In this document: positions 17,827-26,268 of the stretch, piece after piece
Layout of the letters: every line of letters begins with the position of its first letter
Position numbering within the stretch: position 1 is the first letter of the stretch
Assembly (NCBI GenBank): GCA_943370015.1
Contig: CALRPK020000001.1
Span: 1-32,905 of the forward strand
Origin: Paracoccus haematequi
GTDB taxonomy: Bacteria; Pseudomonadota; Alphaproteobacteria; Rhodobacterales; Rhodobacteraceae
Reading direction: 5' to 3'
Length of the DNA stretch: 32,905 nt
Notes under the pieces: model-generated
What the model saw: only the letters and a program-made list of their open reading frames with translations
Told to the model about the DNA's origin: nothing
Databases searched by the model: none
Position numbers and translations under genes: made by a program

Positions 17827-19978
17827 TGCCAACCTGTCACATTACCGGTTCTGTTCTCGATATTGGGCTTGATGTCGGACAGGCTGCATTCCTCTGTGTC
17901 ACCCCGGTATCCCCGCACCTTCGCCGCGAAAACGGGGCCACGCTCGTCCTTCCCTCTGAAAGACGCATTCCCGTCAACGCCGATGGCAGCGTCGCATTCA
18001 ACATCGTGCCCGGTCCGTACTGGATAATTGGCCGCACCGCTTCGGGCATGCCGATCGGGTTGCGATGTGCGGTTGTCGTTCCGAATGAGGCGATGGCAGG
18101 CTTGGGCACGCTGGTGGACCTTCCCTTGCCCCCCACGCTTGACGCCGCAATGCAAGCCGTGCTGGACGCCCGCGCTTGGGCGGAAGGAACCTTGCCTGGC
18201 GGGCCGGGTACCAAGTCATCCCGCGAATACGCCGAAAGCATTCCCCTGATAGAAGGCCCTCCGGGGCCGTCTGCCTATGCCGTGGCCTTGGCAAACGGTT
18301 TTGCCGGAACGGAAGAAGAATGGCTCGCGTCGCTCATCGGGCCGCCCGGATCATCGGACTGGTCAGACATCGAGAACCTGCCAAGCGCGTTTCCGCCCGA
18401 GGCACATGATCATGTCATCGCAGACATTGCAGGTCTCGTCGATGAACTGGCGGGCAAGCAACCTGCTGGCACCTACGCATCCGGCGCACAGGGCGCGCTT
18501 GCAGACACGGCATTGCAGCCGGGGGCGATCATCCCATGGGGCGACCTCTCCGGCGTCCCGATGGACTTCCCCGCCGCTCAGCACGTGCATCCCATCGCGG
18601 ACATCACGGGCCTCGCCGCAACTCTGGACGGAAAAGCGGACGCAGGGCACCTCCATGTCATCGCCCATGTGACCGGATTACAGGCCGCGCTCGATGGCAA
18701 GCAGCCTGCGGGGTCTTACGCCCCCTTGGTGCATACTCACCCCATCAGCGACGTAACCGGCCTCCAAGCCGCACTGGACGGCAAGGCTCCTGCCGTCCAC
18801 ACCCACACCGCCGCGCAGATCAGCGACAGCACGGCGGCGGGGAGGACGCTTCTGACGGCGGCGGACGCGGCGGCGCAACGACTGGCTCTTTCGGTCGAAA
18901 GCTCTGCCCAGCTTGACACCCGCGACGCGGCAAACCGAAACCGCGCGAACCACACGGGGACGCAAGCCATCGCGACCGTGACTGGATTGCAGGCCGCACT
19001 GGACGGCAAGGCCCCGACGGCGGCGGGTATCCCCGCTGGCGGCGCAGTTGGCCAAGTTCTGGTCAAGACAGGTGCGCCCGACTATGCCGCCGCATGGCAA
19101 GCCTTGGCCCGCGATGCCGCGCCGAACGTGCAGGAATTCACCACACCCGGCACCACGGCATGGATCAAACCGACCGGACCGAATGGCGAGACGCCGCGGC
19201 TGATCCATGTGGTGCTGTATGGCGGCGGCGGCGGTGGCGCGTCAGGCGCGGTGCGCGCCGATAGCACCACAACCGTCGTCGGCGGCTCCGGCGGCGGATG
19301 CGGCGGTCGCAGCGAGTTCTTCATCGATCCATCATCGCTTGGCCTGACTGTGAGCGTAATCGTGGGGGCCGGTGGCGCGGGAGGGGCTGCGCGGGCCGGG
19401 GCGGGGGCAGTCAATGCCGGTTCAAATGGTGGCGCATCTGCCTTTGGCTCAATGACCATCCAAAGTGGTCGCGGTGGCACCGCAGGCGGCGGCGGCACGG
19501 GCGGCATGTCGCTCGCGGAAGCTACATTTGGCGGCACCATCCTCACGGGCGACGGTCGGGCCGGGGCAACATCGGCAGGCAACCTCAATGGCAACTCTGG
19601 GGGCATGAGGCCAGGGGCGGGGCGGGCGGATTGGGCGCACTTGCCAACAGCACAGCATCCGGCGGCTTCGGCGGTGGCCGGGGTGGCTTCCTTCTGAGTG
19701 GCAGCACAAACCCAAACGATGGGGGCGGTGGCGCAGCTGCCAACGTCGCATCGGGGACGGCAGCGCCGACGGCTTCGGCATCGGCGTTCCCTTCGATTTA
19801 CGGCGGCGATGGGGGCGGATCGGGCGGCATGACAGCCGCAGGCGTCGGCCTCGGGGGCGGCAACGGCGGCTTTCCCGGTGGTGGCGGTGGTGGCGGCGGC
19901 GGGGCAACGGCCCCCAACCTCAGCGGCAAAGGCGGCGATGGCGGCAACGGCTACGTCCGCGTGACCACATTCTTCTGA
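17826..19978 (+). pseudogene. Second fibre protein (HxH repeats, glycine-rich C-terminal domain), split by a 1-nt frameshift near 19599-19622
   Basis: ORF 17826-19697 loses its Gly-rich character after GGMRPGAG, while ORF 19298-19978 continues GGAGGLGALAN...GGNGYVRVTTFF. Confidence 0.78.
18403..19015 (+). repeat. Coding repeats HxH(x)IxDVTGLQAALDGK
   Basis: About five degenerate copies in the second fibre, e.g. HVHPIADITGLAATLDGK and HTHPISDVTGLQAALDGK. Confidence 0.75.
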
Positions 19979-19990
19979 CGGAGCGACGCC

Positions 19991-20428
19991 ATGCAAATCC
20001 TGCTCAATCCAGACGGTACCCCGCCCGAACACATCACCCCAGACCTCAGGGCTGATCTGGAAGCGCAAGGGGCCGTCTTCGTCCATCCCACGGCGCGCCC
20101 CGAATTCGCCTGCGCCGAAGGCGCACCCGAGGCCCGCGACGGTGCATGGTGGCAGACTTGGCAGGCCATCCCGCCCGAACCGACCGAGCCACCTGACCCC
20201 AAGTTGGTGGGCATCGAATTCGAAGGCGTGATGTGCAGCGCGACCAGTCAGGATCAGTCCGGACTGATGGCCGTCCTCATGGCGATCCAGATCCAAGGCG
20301 CACGTTTCCCCGGCACCCGTTTCGAGTTCGAGAACGGCAATGTTCTGATCATCCACCTCGGCAACTATCAGGCCTTCATGGGGCGATGGATGCCGTTCCG
20401 GCAATCCTTCTTCGCGGTCACGCCATGA
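19991..20428 (+). CDS. Putative fibre chaperone / hypothetical protein
   Basis: RBS GGAG; WWQTW and GIEFEGVMCSAT..DQ motifs; directly after the fibre gene. Confidence 0.6.
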   Translation: MQILLNPDGTPPEHITPDLRADLEAQGAVFVHPTARPEFACAEGAPEARDGAWWQTWQAIPPEPTEPPDPKLVGIEFEGVMCSATSQDQSGLMAVLMAIQIQGARFPGTRFEFENGNVLIIHLGNYQAFMGRWMPFRQSFFAVTP

Positions 20429-20886
20429 CGGTCTACCTCGCCTCCTATCGGGGCGGCGCGCGCGGCCTGTCACGCATCGTCGGGGCCGTCATCCGTTGGG
20501 TCACCCGTTCGGAGTGGTCGCATTGCGAGATCGCCATCGGCAATCCGCTGGAAGGCCCGGCAATCTGCGTCTCGGCCTCCGGTATGGACGGCGGTGTGCG
20601 CGCCAAAGAGATGCAGCTCGATCCGTCGCGCTGGACCGTCACGCCGCTGCCCCATGTAAGGGTCAATCAGGTGTACACGGCCATCAATGCCTTTGCCGGG
20701 GCACCATACGACTGGGCCGGGGTTGCCCGCTTCGCCTTGCCTTGGGCCGTGAGGTCCGAGCACCCCAACCGGTGGTTCTGTTCCGAATTCTGCGCCCATG
20801 TCATCGGGCTGGAGGAGCCGTGGCGCTTCTCCCCCGCCGACCTGAAGATTGTCGCCTCGAAGATTGAGGAGGCCGGTGGGGTCTGA
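20425..20886 (+). CDS. Permuted papain-like (NlpC/P60, YiiX-like) enzyme
   Basis: IRWVTRSEWSHCE...DGGVR...G.PYDW.G...WFCSE...SPADL, with His before Cys. Confidence 0.78.
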   Translation: MTVYLASYRGGARGLSRIVGAVIRWVTRSEWSHCEIAIGNPLEGPAICVSASGMDGGVRAKEMQLDPSRWTVTPLPHVRVNQVYTAINAFAGAPYDWAGVARFALPWAVRSEHPNRWFCSEFCAHVIGLEEPWRFSPADLKIVASKIEEAGGV

Positions 20887-20998
20887 CCTCCCACCGACAC
20901 GGGGTAACGCTTGCAGGCAACCCCCGCCGACCAAGGGACAATTATGGCCGCTCCTCCCCTCGCGAGGGAGCGGACAGTTAGGAACGATTCGGGAACAA

Positions 20999-21808
20999 AT
21001 GTCAAAACCTGACTACACGCCTGTTGCGCCAATCTCTCCGGTAGCCCCTTGGCTGGGTGGAAAGCGCAACCTCGCAAAGCGCATCTGTGCGTTGATCGAC
21101 GCCATGCCCTGTACCACCTATGTGGAACCCTTCGTCGGCATGGGAGGGATTTTCCTGCGCCGCACAACCCGCCCGAAATGCGAGGTCATCAACGACAAAG
21201 GGCGCGACATCGCAAACCTCTTCCGCATCCTCCAGCGCCACTACCCGCAGTTTCTGGAAGTGCTGCGCTTCCAACTGACGACGCGCGCGGAATTCAACCG
21301 TCTGGTCGATACCAACCCCGACACGCTCACCGACCTCGAAAGGGCCGCGCGCTTCCTGTTCCTCCAAAGAACAGCCTTCGGCGGCAAGGTGAGCGGGCGC
21401 AACTTCGGCGTCGCGCGGAACCGACCAGCACGGTTCAACCTGACCACCTTGGAGCCAATGCTCGAAGACCTGCATGCCCGCCTGTCCGGCGTCACCATCG
21501 AATGCCTGGACTGGGCGAACCTCATCCCGCGCTATGACGGGGCTGACACGCTGTTCTACCTCGATCCGCCTTACTGGGGCTGCGAAACCGACTACGGCAA
21601 GGCCATGTTCAGCCGCGACGACTTCGCCCGTCTGGCGGAGGTGCTGGCAGGCATCAAAGGCCGGTTCATCTTGTCGCTGAACGATGCGCCCGAGGTGCGC
21701 GCTACCTTCGCGGCGTTCAACATCGCCTCCGTAGCCACGACCTACAGCGTCGGCGGCGGCAGTGAGGCGCGCGCAGAGGTGCTGATTTCCAACATGGACC
21801 TGCCCTGA
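20999..21808 (+). CDS. DNA adenine methyltransferase (D12/Dam family)
   Basis: PWLGGK, YVEPFVGMG, VIND and FYLDPPY motifs; ATG at 20999. Confidence 0.93.
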   Translation: MSKPDYTPVAPISPVAPWLGGKRNLAKRICALIDAMPCTTYVEPFVGMGGIFLRRTTRPKCEVINDKGRDIANLFRILQRHYPQFLEVLRFQLTTRAEFNRLVDTNPDTLTDLERAARFLFLQRTAFGGKVSGRNFGVARNRPARFNLTTLEPMLEDLHARLSGVTIECLDWANLIPRYDGADTLFYLDPPYWGCETDYGKAMFSRDDFARLAEVLAGIKGRFILSLNDAPEVRATFAAFNIASVATTYSVGGGSEARAEVLISNMDLP

Positions 21809-21810
21809 AC

Positions 21811-21844
21811 GAAAAAGGGCCACCAGAACGGTGGCCCTTTCCCC
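21811..21844. terminator. Bidirectional rho-independent terminator
   Basis: aaagggccacc-agaac-ggtggcccttt, an 11-bp perfect stem with an A-run on the left, between convergent genes. Confidence 0.85.
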
Positions 21845-21862
21845 CAGTTGGATGCCGGATCG

Positions 21863-22333
21863 TCAGATCAGCAAGCTGTATCCCTGCGACACGATCACGA
21901 AGGCGATGGACACCAGCGCTAGCCCGAATGCCACCATCACCAACCGTGAGTTCTGTTTCATCTGCCGGTCGTTGAACCGCGAATGCTTGTCGTTGAACCC
22001 ACCCAGTTGGGTCTTGACCTGATCGATATCCACGCCTGACGCGATGTCTTCGGCCAAGTCCTCAAACAGTGCCCCCGGAACGTAGAAGTCTTGCGGGCGC
22101 GCGGCCAGCCCTGCCAAGAAGGCCGCAATAGCCAGACCAGCGGCACCGATCAGCAAAGTGCCGTCAACTGTGTCACCTTGCGCCAGCGCGGTCAGGATCG
22201 ACGCTGCCGCGATCAACATGCCTGCAACGCCAATGGCCCGCTGATCGGCTGCGATTGCTGCCTCGAATTGCGCCTGAAGGCGAAGCTCAACCAGCCGGTA
22301 TGCCTCATCAATCACTGTGCTATCTTTCGTCAT
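21863..22333 (-). CDS. Three-TM membrane protein (moron; Pycsar-effector-like topology)
   Basis: ADQRA + TM1, TM2 ending ..ARP, acidic loop, then N...K + C-terminal TM3. Confidence 0.7.
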   Translation of the reverse strand: MTKDSTVIDEAYRLVELRLQAQFEAAIAADQRAIGVAGMLIAAASILTALAQGDTVDGTLLIGAAGLAIAAFLAGLAARPQDFYVPGALFEDLAEDIASGVDIDQVKTQLGGFNDKHSRFNDRQMKQNSRLVMVAFGLALVSIAFVIVSQGYSLLI

Positions 22334-22361
22334 CGACTCACCCTTGTACGGAGTTACCTTG

Positions 22362-22520
22362 ATGGCGCGTGAACCAGAGCCGATTGAACGTGGCCCCAGC
22401 CCCGGCGGGGATCACCCCAGACCGACGCCGACTATACCGCCCATTCCGCGCGGTCGGGCGCGCGCCGTGCGCGAACCCCAACCGGTGCGCAAGGGCGAAG
22501 ACCCGCCGCCGCTCACGTGA
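22362..22520 (+). CDS. Small proline-rich hypothetical peptide
   Basis: GGAG RBS about 8 nt upstream; MAREPEPIERGPSPGGDHPRPTPTIPPIPRG...; fills the gap between two minus-strand genes. Confidence 0.45.
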   Translation: MAREPEPIERGPSPGGDHPRPTPTIPPIPRGRARAVREPQPVRKGEDPPPLT

Positions 22521-22899
22521 CGGCCACGGTATCCGCCGCCTCATCCAGCGGCCACCACCACCAGTGCGACGGCGGGATTTCGGGCACCTTGCCCGCATCG
22601 TCCACCACAAAGCCAGCCAGTTCGCTGGCCTTGTCGGCGCGGTAGTGAAGCGGTGCGAAATCGGCGTTGAAGGTGGCAGGCCGCGCCCGCCAATAGGCAT
22701 CGACCTTTTGAAGCTCGGCGCGCTGATCGGCATCCAGATCGGCGCGCACGAATTCATAGGCGGACCGCAGGTGCAGGCACTCATCCCGGTCCATGTCAAA
22801 GTCGGGATCGCCAATCGTGTCGTAACACCCCAGCATGCCGACCAACAGGCTTTCGCCCCGCAGATCAGGGGCGGTCATGCCATTCACCATGTAAGCCAT
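22513..22899 (-). CDS. Putative immunity protein for the MuF C-terminal domain
   Basis: 128 aa, acidic, ending PPSHWWWWPL; start overlaps the 3' end of muF; RBS GAGGTG. Confidence 0.6.
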   Translation of the reverse strand: MAYMVNGMTAPDLRGESLLVGMLGCYDTIGDPDFDMDRDECLHLRSAYEFVRADLDADQRAELQKVDAYWRARPATFNADFAPLHYRADKASELAGFVVDDAGKVPEIPPSHWWWWPLDEAADTVAVT

Positions 22900-24251
22900 T
22901 TCATGACACCTCGTCCCGGCTGTTTCTTTGCGGCGACCTCATCGGTCTGGTTCTCGATCTTGCGCCGGAAGTGATGGCTGACGATCTTGTTTTCCTCAAG
23001 ATCGACCGCCGTGACGACGAAGCCATCCTCAATAGCGCCGGTCGATCGTGTCCGTTGTCGTTCCTTGGCAAACACCGCTTGTAACTTGCCCCGGCGCACG
23101 GACAGGTAAACGTCCCGACCGCCTGACCGGATCAGATCGACCGCCGATTGATTGTAATCCGCCTGCGATGCAACCCCAATGGCAACTTTGTGCTTACCGA
23201 AATGACCGCGCGCGACCTTATCGCTGGGCCAGTTCGCGGACTTTGCCTGCGCGACAACCTTGCCGACCTCGCTGCGCGACAGCGCTTCCCGGTCCAGTGC
23301 CGCCCGCCGCCACCGGCCCACATCCCCCGGCGCGTCCCCGAAATAGGCCACCGTGATCGTGCGACAGTTACCATGGTGATAGGGCGGCATGCCGATGCCT
23401 TGCAGGTCGCGCGTTGGCGTCTGGCTCAGGTCTTGATCATCACCGTGGAACGGCCAAGCGGCAAAGGCTGCGACCCGGTTGCCCCGGCTGGAGGCCTCCA
23501 TCCACGTCTCGGCCTGCGACCGCAGGCTTTCGACCGTCAGCACCCGCCCATGCAGATGGCGGCACACCGTGGTGGTCCGATCATCCAGCAACGCCTTGAT
23601 CTTCACCTGACGGATGCCTGACTTCTCATAGCCCGAAACCCGGCCGATTTCGCGGGTGCGGGTGGCCAAACTGTTCGCCACCGACCGCCAGTGATGCAGG
23701 CTGTTTTCCGACACGCCCGCAAAGTCTTCGGCCAGCCGCCGCGCAAGGCTTTCGCGCGTCAGGCCGGTGGTGAAGTATTCGGTCAGCAGGCCCTTGATCT
23801 TGTCGCGGGGGCCGGTGTCCCACAGATCGCCAACCCAGAACTGGTTGACGCGGGACAGCACCTCAAGCGCATCCTGATCGGCGCGCATGAAGGACAGGTT
23901 TGCGCCAACTGCGGTGCCCACCTCGGCCAGTCCAAGGCGATAGAGGCTGTCCGACAAGTTCACCACCGGCTCACGCATCGTGGCGGCAAGGGCTTCTGCC
24001 CCCACCTCACGTTCCAGCGCGCGCAGGATCGTTTCGCCATCGGCAGCGGTGAACTTGCCGTCACCCAGATCCCGCAACCGGTCCAATGCGACTGCAATGC
24101 CCCGCCGCGTCGCCTCCGTAAAGGCCCCGGTCAGGGCCTTCTGCAATTGTTCAACCAAGGCCTCAAAGCCCTTGGCATCCCGGATGATCACCCCGCGCGC
24201 GATCCGCGTCATGACCGCCGCGCGCAGGGCCTCTTCGGCCAGTTCAATCAT
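22884..24251 (-). CDS. MuF (Mu gpF / SPP1 gp7) head morphogenesis protein with C-terminal toxin-like extension
   Basis: ALLDDRTTTVCRHLHG and PPYHHGNCRT MuF motifs, then about 155 extra aa with HFGKH...SQADY...A; ATG at 24251 coupled to the upstream stop. Confidence 0.82.
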   Translation of the reverse strand: MIELAEEALRAAVMTRIARGVIIRDAKGFEALVEQLQKALTGAFTEATRRGIAVALDRLRDLGDGKFTAADGETILRALEREVGAEALAATMREPVVNLSDSLYRLGLAEVGTAVGANLSFMRADQDALEVLSRVNQFWVGDLWDTGPRDKIKGLLTEYFTTGLTRESLARRLAEDFAGVSENSLHHWRSVANSLATRTREIGRVSGYEKSGIRQVKIKALLDDRTTTVCRHLHGRVLTVESLRSQAETWMEASSRGNRVAAFAAWPFHGDDQDLSQTPTRDLQGIGMPPYHHGNCRTITVAYFGDAPGDVGRWRRAALDREALSRSEVGKVVAQAKSANWPSDKVARGHFGKHKVAIGVASQADYNQSAVDLIRSGGRDVYLSVRRGKLQAVFAKERQRTRSTGAIEDGFVVTAVDLEENKIVSHHFRRKIENQTDEVAAKKQPGRGVMKWLTW

Positions 24252-25038
24252 GCTGCACCGCCAAGGAAGCCCACTTCGGCAGATCGGACAGCCGCACCGG
24301 GAGTTCGTCAGGTATTTCCCCCGCTTCCCAACCATCCCTTCCGCGATGGCTGATCTGCATGGCCTCATCGCGAGAATATACACCTGCGGATCGAAGATCA
24401 TTCGTGTATCCAGCCGATCCCGGACGCCACCAGCAACCATGTTCATGGCTCCAGATTACATATCCTTCGTCCCGCTCGGATTTCAAATGCTCCCGCGCCT
24501 CCCCCTCTTTCGGGTCCGGCCAATTCCGCGCCATGTTCTCGGCCAACTTCACGCGGATAGCATTCGCCAAGGCCTCGTCGCTGATCCCGGCACGGCGCTG
24601 CATGTCCCAAAGCAGCATCCAGCAATCTGCATGCTCGATGACATCGTGGGGCGCTTCAGCCACCTCCAGCGCCTCTTTTGCCAGATGCTTGGCAGGGCCG
24701 ATGGCTGATACCGCTCCGAACTGTGCTTGCGACCAAGCCGCATGCGCGGCACGCAATCCGTCCAACCGGAACAGGGCCGTCACCTGCGACATCGCGGTGT
24801 CATAGCCTTGGTTGCAGCCGACGATGAAGGCACGCTCGCCGGTCAGCTTTTCGATGACGTCCGCCGCTTCCTCCATCAGGGACTGCCAAGGACTATCCGT
24901 CTTCACGCGCAGACGCTCAACCAGATGGCCGAACTCTGCCACGCATTGCACAGGGCGCAGAACGGCCTCTTCCAGCGCGCTCTTCAGCTCGTCTTTCGTG
25001 GAACTGAACGTGTAGCTCGCCACCAGCTTCTTTGACAT
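24244..25038 (-). CDS. DUF550 (MazG-like dATP/dGTP pyrophosphohydrolase) domain fusion protein
   Basis: HAAWSQAQFG..SAIGPAKHLAKEALE...EHAD...LLWD..RRAGI...KL..N.AR.WP; extra C-terminal WWRPGSAGYT.DL..AGVY module. Confidence 0.8.
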   Translation of the reverse strand: MSKKLVASYTFSSTKDELKSALEEAVLRPVQCVAEFGHLVERLRVKTDSPWQSLMEEAADVIEKLTGERAFIVGCNQGYDTAMSQVTALFRLDGLRAAHAAWSQAQFGAVSAIGPAKHLAKEALEVAEAPHDVIEHADCWMLLWDMQRRAGISDEALANAIRVKLAENMARNWPDPKEGEAREHLKSERDEGYVIWSHEHGCWWRPGSAGYTNDLRSAGVYSRDEAMQISHRGRDGWEAGEIPDELPVRLSDLPKWASLAVQHD

Positions 25039-25060
25039 CTTCGCCCTCTTTCCCATTGCT

Positions 25061-25324
25061 TCAGGTCTTTCCCTTTTTCCGGCGCATCCGGCGGATGCAG
25101 CGGTTCATGATCAGCGTCCGTTCGCCGACCATCTCGTCCAGGCTGCGCCTGCGCCGCGTGATCCGCAGATGCAGCACGGCCAAGCGGCGCAATTCGTCTT
25201 CGCTGGCATGGGCCAACCACGCCGCCCGCAGGCCGAAGGGTTCGATGACGGGACCGCCGTTGTGGCCTATCCCGCGCCGTGCAGCGCGACCCACTGCACA
25301 GCCCTTTGCGCCATTGCCCTTCAA
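25061..25324 (-). CDS. Hypothetical basic phage protein
   Basis: GIGHNGGP motif; TTG start overlapping the upstream stop. Confidence 0.6.
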   Translation of the reverse strand: MKGNGAKGCAVGRAARRGIGHNGGPVIEPFGLRAAWLAHASEDELRRLAVLHLRITRRRRSLDEMVGERTLIMNRCIRRMRRKKGKT

Positions 25325-25530
25325 ACCTTTGTTTCCTTGCTATTTTCTGCAAAAAGGTCGTTCTGTGCTATTTTCTTTCCGGCCTTGGCGCGCACCTGGT
25401 GATCATCCTTTTCTTCCCAAGTGCGCCAGCGATGGTCACAGATCGGGCAGCGGCGATACCGCTGCACCGTGGTGCCGTAATCGTTGGTGCCGTTGACCCG
25501 GCCGCGACCGCCACAGTTAGGACACTGCAT
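25321..25530 (-). CDS. Zinc-ribbon regulator (Ogr/Delta- or NrdR-N-like)
   Basis: MQCPNCG...RYRRCPICDHRWRTWE; immediately after gemA. Confidence 0.72.
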   Translation of the reverse strand: MQCPNCGGRGRVNGTNDYGTTVQRYRRCPICDHRWRTWEEKDDHQVRAKAGKKIAQNDLFAENSKETKV

Positions 25531-25996
25531 CCTGCCCCCCTTCGGCGCGCTTGCTTTCCAGCCACTTCCGCAGCCCGGTGATCACGGCGCTCGCCTGTTC
25601 GCGGGTGATGAAGCGGGCGCTGGTGACTTTGGCGGTGCGCTGGACAAAGCCTTGCAGCCGCGCATCTTCCAGCCCGTCCTTCCAGCCCATCTGACGCGCG
25701 AGGGACGCGATATGCGCCCATTGCTCGGATGTGGGCCTGCCTTCGCTGCGCCCGCCCTGACCACGTTCCGTGATCAGCCCGTCGCGGCGCAGACGCTTGA
25801 TCAGGTCGATGCGCTGATCCATCGACAAGGCCGATGCCGACCGGCACCCGGTCAGACGATGCAGCCAGTCTTCATAATCTGCGCGGCCCGTGCCGGTCTT
25901 CGACACATCGCCGAACAGCGATTTCGCTGCGACATGGATCAACGCCAGATCGGCGTTGCGCTTTTGGGTTCCGGCGGGGCTGGGACGGCTGGCCAT
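25517..25996 (-). CDS. gemA: GemA / Mu gp16-like protein (DUF1018)
   Basis: LALIHVAAKSL...Y..WL..LTG..SAS.L...L.GFVQR...ASAVITGLRKW. Confidence 0.8.
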   Translation of the reverse strand: MASRPSPAGTQKRNADLALIHVAAKSLFGDVSKTGTGRADYEDWLHRLTGCRSASALSMDQRIDLIKRLRRDGLITERGQGGRSEGRPTSEQWAHIASLARQMGWKDGLEDARLQGFVQRTAKVTSARFITREQASAVITGLRKWLESKRAEGGQDAVS

Positions 25997-25998
25997 GA

Positions 25999-26268
25999 TC
26001 ACGCCCCCAGATACCCGGCGCGCGACAGCGGCTCGGGCAACGCAAGATGCAGGTGATAGGCTTCGACCAGATGCTGTTCGCGCGCCTCTTGCGGCAACGA
26101 GGACAGCGCGATCTCCAACCCGTCCACGCTTTCGCGCCAGATCACCCGGCGTTCCTTCCAGAAGGTGCGGATGCCGCGCTTTGCCTCCAACACAATGCGG
26201 CGCAGGTGCTTTTCCGACAGCCTGCACAGCCGCGCCCCGTCTGACAGGGCCCACCACTCGACGGTCAT
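25999..26268 (-). CDS. Stand-alone Mu-type winged-HTH DNA-binding protein
   Basis: EWWALSDGARLCRLSEKHLRR...W...RE...GLEIALSSLPQEAR parallels the transposase N-terminus. Confidence 0.62.
   Translation of the reverse strand: MTVEWWALSDGARLCRLSEKHLRRIVLEAKRGIRTFWKERRVIWRESVDGLEIALSSLPQEAREQHLVEAYHLHLALPEPLSRAGYLGA

Noticed and set aside
18403-19015. Repeats in the second fibre as a CRISPR array or DGR template/variable repeat
   Set aside because: They are in-frame, degenerate at third positions, and lack constant spacers, cas genes or a reverse transcriptase.
12978-21844. Plus-strand late block as an invertible (G-segment-like) region
   Set aside because: No invertase gene and no matching inverted repeats seen at its borders. 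A divergent promoter region and a bidirectional terminator fit a fixed layout.
24244-25038. 2-aminoadenine (Z-genome) pathway
   Set aside because: No PurZ, DatZ or phage polymerase is recognisable in the nearly complete prophage.
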